Source of the DNA: Marsupella aquatica
Lineage: Eukaryota > Plantae > Marchantiophyta
Assembly (NCBI GenBank): GCA_973895155.1
Contig: OZ316893.1
Coordinates: 15,158,645 to 15,222,644, forward strand
Reading direction: 5' to 3'
Length of the DNA stretch: 64,000 nucleotides
The translations under genes were made by a program, and so were the position numbers. Shown here in pieces: positions 60,201 through 64,000 of the stretch; within the stretch, counting starts at the first letter, position 1, and every line of letters starts with the position of its first letter. The notes below the pieces were generated by a model that did not search any database, was not told the origin of the DNA, and saw only the letters and a program-made list of their open reading frames with translations.

Positions 60201-62029
60201 GAAAAACAATATTCATTATGGGAGCTTGTTTGTTTGGGTTTGAGTGGTCCTCACCCTCTTTCCCCCTTTATTCCTAAAAAAAAAACAGAAAAACAATTCA
60301 ATCAATCTACAAATCAATCTGGCATGGAAGAACTAGGAAACATTAAACCTTATAACTCTTTCCATGATTTGTGAAGGGTAGTGAAATGAATGTCTTTTTG
60401 CATTTGAATGGACATCCTTATTGCTAGTTGTGTTGAGATACATGTGTTGAGGAACCAGGGTTCAACGCACAATCTATCTTGAATTAAAAGATGTTTGGTT
60501 CACCCATTTTAGGGTGCGTCCTTGACCAAAAGGAAAAATTGACTATATATATTAATACCATACATTGGCCATAGCTTAATAACACTAATTCATGGTAAAG
60601 TACGTTGTGTTCAGAGAGTTAACCTATTTAATCACTTGCTTGAGTTAGGTATCAACAAGTTGTTATCCCTTGCTACTCTCAACAATGTTGTTATAAATGG
60701 GGCACTTGTAGAAGAACCCTACATCCTAATTCTCCCTCACCCACCTTCCCTTACCACATCAAACAACTTTTCTTTTGGTAGAGTCCAATTGAGAAAAAAG
60801 TGGTTAGAAATTTAGAGTTCAATAATGTTACCAACAACTGACAACTAGACCCACATACTTGTTATTTTTACACATCAGTTACGAGTGCAATGACTAAACA
60901 AGCCCCCTCGATCCATGTGATTTTATATTACTGGAAACGATCGAATTATGTTTAAAAAGTACATTGAAGCGCAAACAATTACAGAGACGACGAAGCAAAT
61001 GCAAGCCCCGAAAACCTTGACAACTTGTGGGGTCGAAGTTGTTACGTGTTTTATTGCTCAAAACAGTACAGCAGCCATTTCACGGCGGGAACGAAAAACA
61101 AAACAGGCCTGCACGACGGGATCTTCGAACAGCGGCGATGCAGTTTGACGAGGGACGTGTGGTCCAGATCCAATATGCCGTACACATGGGTTGCGGTTCA
61201 CAACACGGTGCAATCCGGACAGTACTTAACATACGTGAGTTAATAATGATATGTCATGTATTAGTGTCATTCGGGCATTCTACCCTAGTCATGACCAGCT
61301 CGCGAGTCACGTGTTCAAGACTCAAGGAGAGAGATATTTTCCTGTCTTGTAAACAGGAGTGGAGATCTTGTCTTGTAAAGACCTAAAGAAAAGAAAAACT
61401 AGTGGTCCACAAATCGAGGTGATTGAGATAGTCAGACCTTTGTCCTAGCGCGAGGGGCTATCTCGATCGAACCTTCCATACGTCGTGCTACCTTTGGATA
61501 TTATGCACCCTCCATTAGTCCATTGTCTGTTCTGACGTTGTGTAAAAAGGGCTGAAAAAGGGTGAAAAGCAGACAAGGGAAGTGGAAAGGAGGACTGCTG
61601 TGTACCAAGGAGGATATTATATTAAAAAAGAAAATCGTCGTACGGACAAGGAAATGGAAACAAACCATTTGACTTGGGCCATGCGGTCTGTGGCTGTCGG
61701 ATTATCTTTTGTTATCCTTCCGAATTCAATTCCGTTTTAGTCCTATCCACTGGGTAATAAGACTCACTTCAAGGAGTAACGTGTTCACCTTATTTAGTGT
61801 TCTGTATTTCTTTCGGATTGTAGTGATAGGAAACTGGTGTCACTAGAAGCGTGTGAACCTCACTTTTGGGGGATTATGGGGTGGGGGGATGTGTGTTAAA
61901 AAACTCACAGTGAGTTTGGGGATGTGTGTTAAAAAACTCACAGTTACATTTTTCCGACATTGCTATATGGTGAACACCTTCTACCTTATTTTGTCTTATT
62001 AGAAATATGAGTTCTGAATTTTCTTTTAA

Positions 62030-62311
62030 ATCTGGTCTAGTGTATCATTTCACTTTGTATTGGTTTGAATTTAACAAATTATCTAACCCCTTTAATTATT
62101 TCAAGTTTATGATTTTCATTTGATTTGATATGTTTTATTGTGGTAGCTTATTATGTATTTGATGAGATTCATCTGGCCTAGTGTATCATTTCACTTTGTA
62201 TTGGTTTGAATTTAACAAATTATCTAACCCCTTTAATTATTTCAAGTTTATGATTTTCATTTGATTTGATATGTTTTATTGTGATAGCTTATTATGTATT
62301 TGATGAGATTC
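62030..62311. repeat. Recent 141-bp tandem duplication
   Basis: ATCTGG.CTAGTGTATCATTTCAC...GATGAGATTC twice (62030-62170, 62171-62311), with two substitutions seen. Confidence 0.92.
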
Positions 62312-63742
62312 TTTTTCTGCCATTCATTCTCTATTGCACGAGATGGTCAGACTCACCAGGATGCACCCAGTACAAACACCAGAGATGCCCTGTAGGTTAT
62401 ATGTCCATTGGTGAAAAATTTTCCAAACCTTATGGTTTAGAGGTTAACAGGTGTCACCTAAATAGTGAATCTTTCAATAGGGCCTAAAAGTAGAGTACAA
62501 AGCTAGAGTATAAAGCTAACATACTTCTCTGTCAAACACAAATACTATATGGACCTCTAGGGTACATCTTACAAGTTATGTACTGTTTTTCACCTAAAAA
62601 GTGCGATAAAGGTGTGCATTTTTATTCTATTTATTTATTTGATTCACTGTTTTAATGCATTTGAATACTATGCTATAATTGTTATTTGATAAACTATTTA
62701 AATTAATTGGTAGTTTACAAAGGATACAATTGACATTATTGTCAATAAGTTAAAATAGCTGTGTCTTAGAACAAACATGCTATATTTGGAGGATTATGGG
62801 GTGGGGGGATGTGTGTTAAAAAACTCACAGTGAGTTTGGACCGACACTTGAATTGCCCCGCTCTCTTTCTACCGGTAGCCCATGGAAGTTTTCTTGGGTA
62901 TTTATTTTCATTTTTTGGGCATCAAACCTGCAGCTACCAGTTACCTGTGCAACACGGCGACAGTTAATGTGAATCCTGTGATTTATAGAAAGAAATGTAA
63001 TAAGACTCCCTAGTCTTGTACCTGTTCTTGGTTTGTCCTTTACCATTGTGAGTTGTTGGGAGTAAAGTTGCAGGGCCCGCTACACCTTTGTCCGCAAAGG
63101 AAAAGTACCCCCTTCGTACATAGCGCTTTAGAGGTTCCAGCACAAATATCCATGTGTATGCACATGAAGGGTTCTTTTGCATTGGGATTCAAAGAAAAGG
63201 TAGGAAAACACTTCTTGTGATGAACCAGAGGTGAACCAAACTACTGGAATACGAATATGAACCAGAAAATAGTTGAAACAATTTTGATCGTATAAGAAAG
63301 AAAGGGACGGTATGCATTTAAAACTGCAATACTTGGAGTAGAGATGGACAGGAGAGCATGAGAGTTGAGCGAGAATAAATGCTTGCAGCTTGGCTCTCCA
63401 CAGGCACCTAGTGAATCCATCTTTCCTAGATTTTGACCTGGAGCACTGTTTGACTTGCATCAATTGGTTTTTTTAAACTGACTTATGGTATACTGGGTGA
63501 TTTGGGGGGCACATTGGCCTAACCCCCATACAATAACTCAATTGACTTTCATCACCTGAATACAATTTTGAAAGTAAATTCTTTACCAAACTTTCTTTTG
63601 TATATTCTCTTTTATATACGTAGAATCACATAACAAAACGTGCAAAACCGGGAGACAAGGAGCCCATCCTCTTCTTCTTCTTTACCTATTAGAAAGTAGC
63701 TAGAAGATATATTGATGAGGGACAGATACACATGAGACGTGG

Positions 63743-64000
63743 TTATGGACCCGCATTAGGGGTCACTTGTAAATTCCCTGACACGAGAATAGGTCACATC
63801 AGCAAGGATGGTGACAAACAGGACAGAACAAGTTCCATTATTCTATTTCAGTGTTAGTTATTTTTGTATATATTTCTTTTTGTCTTGCAAGGAAATACAC
63901 CTTGCAAGACTTCTGTTCGAGCATGATTATAACTTGGTAACTTGGTTTGGATGAAATCAAGAGAATAAGCTGCACCTCCTGCAAGGGGACTGACAAGAGG
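63743..64000 (-). CDS. Possible last two exons of an unidentified gene extending beyond the window
   Basis: 64000-63901, a GT-AG intron (63900-63778) and 63777-63743 read PLVSPLAGGAAYSLDFIQTKLPSYNHARTEVLQGNLQVTPNAGP*. No family recognised. Confidence 0.35.

Overview
Eukaryotic nuclear DNA from a land plant (a non-seed lineage is plausible but not provable here). It is mostly nested transposons around two intact host genes: a 9-exon GDT1-family Ca2+/Mn2+ transporter (23550-27180) and a 25-aa ribosomal protein eL41/RPL41 gene that the ORF track misses (33491-34282). The standout is an Athila-related Ty3/gypsy family with a giant (~4 kb) LTR that contains a 617-codon ORF. It occurs as a 5'-deleted element (6298-13102, TSD TTGAT), as a solo LTR that still carries the decayed ORF (37512-41892, TSD GTTTG) and as a shorter ORF-less relative (2320-4676). 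Also present: a Crypton-like tyrosine recombinase remnant with apparent introns, a very young full-length Ty1/copia element with two in-frame stops plus solo LTRs, head-to-tail Helitron-like repeats, a CRE-like non-LTR element, a tRNA-derived SINE, a Pong-like element, several MITEs and local tandem repeats. All calls are by eye; no database searches were run.
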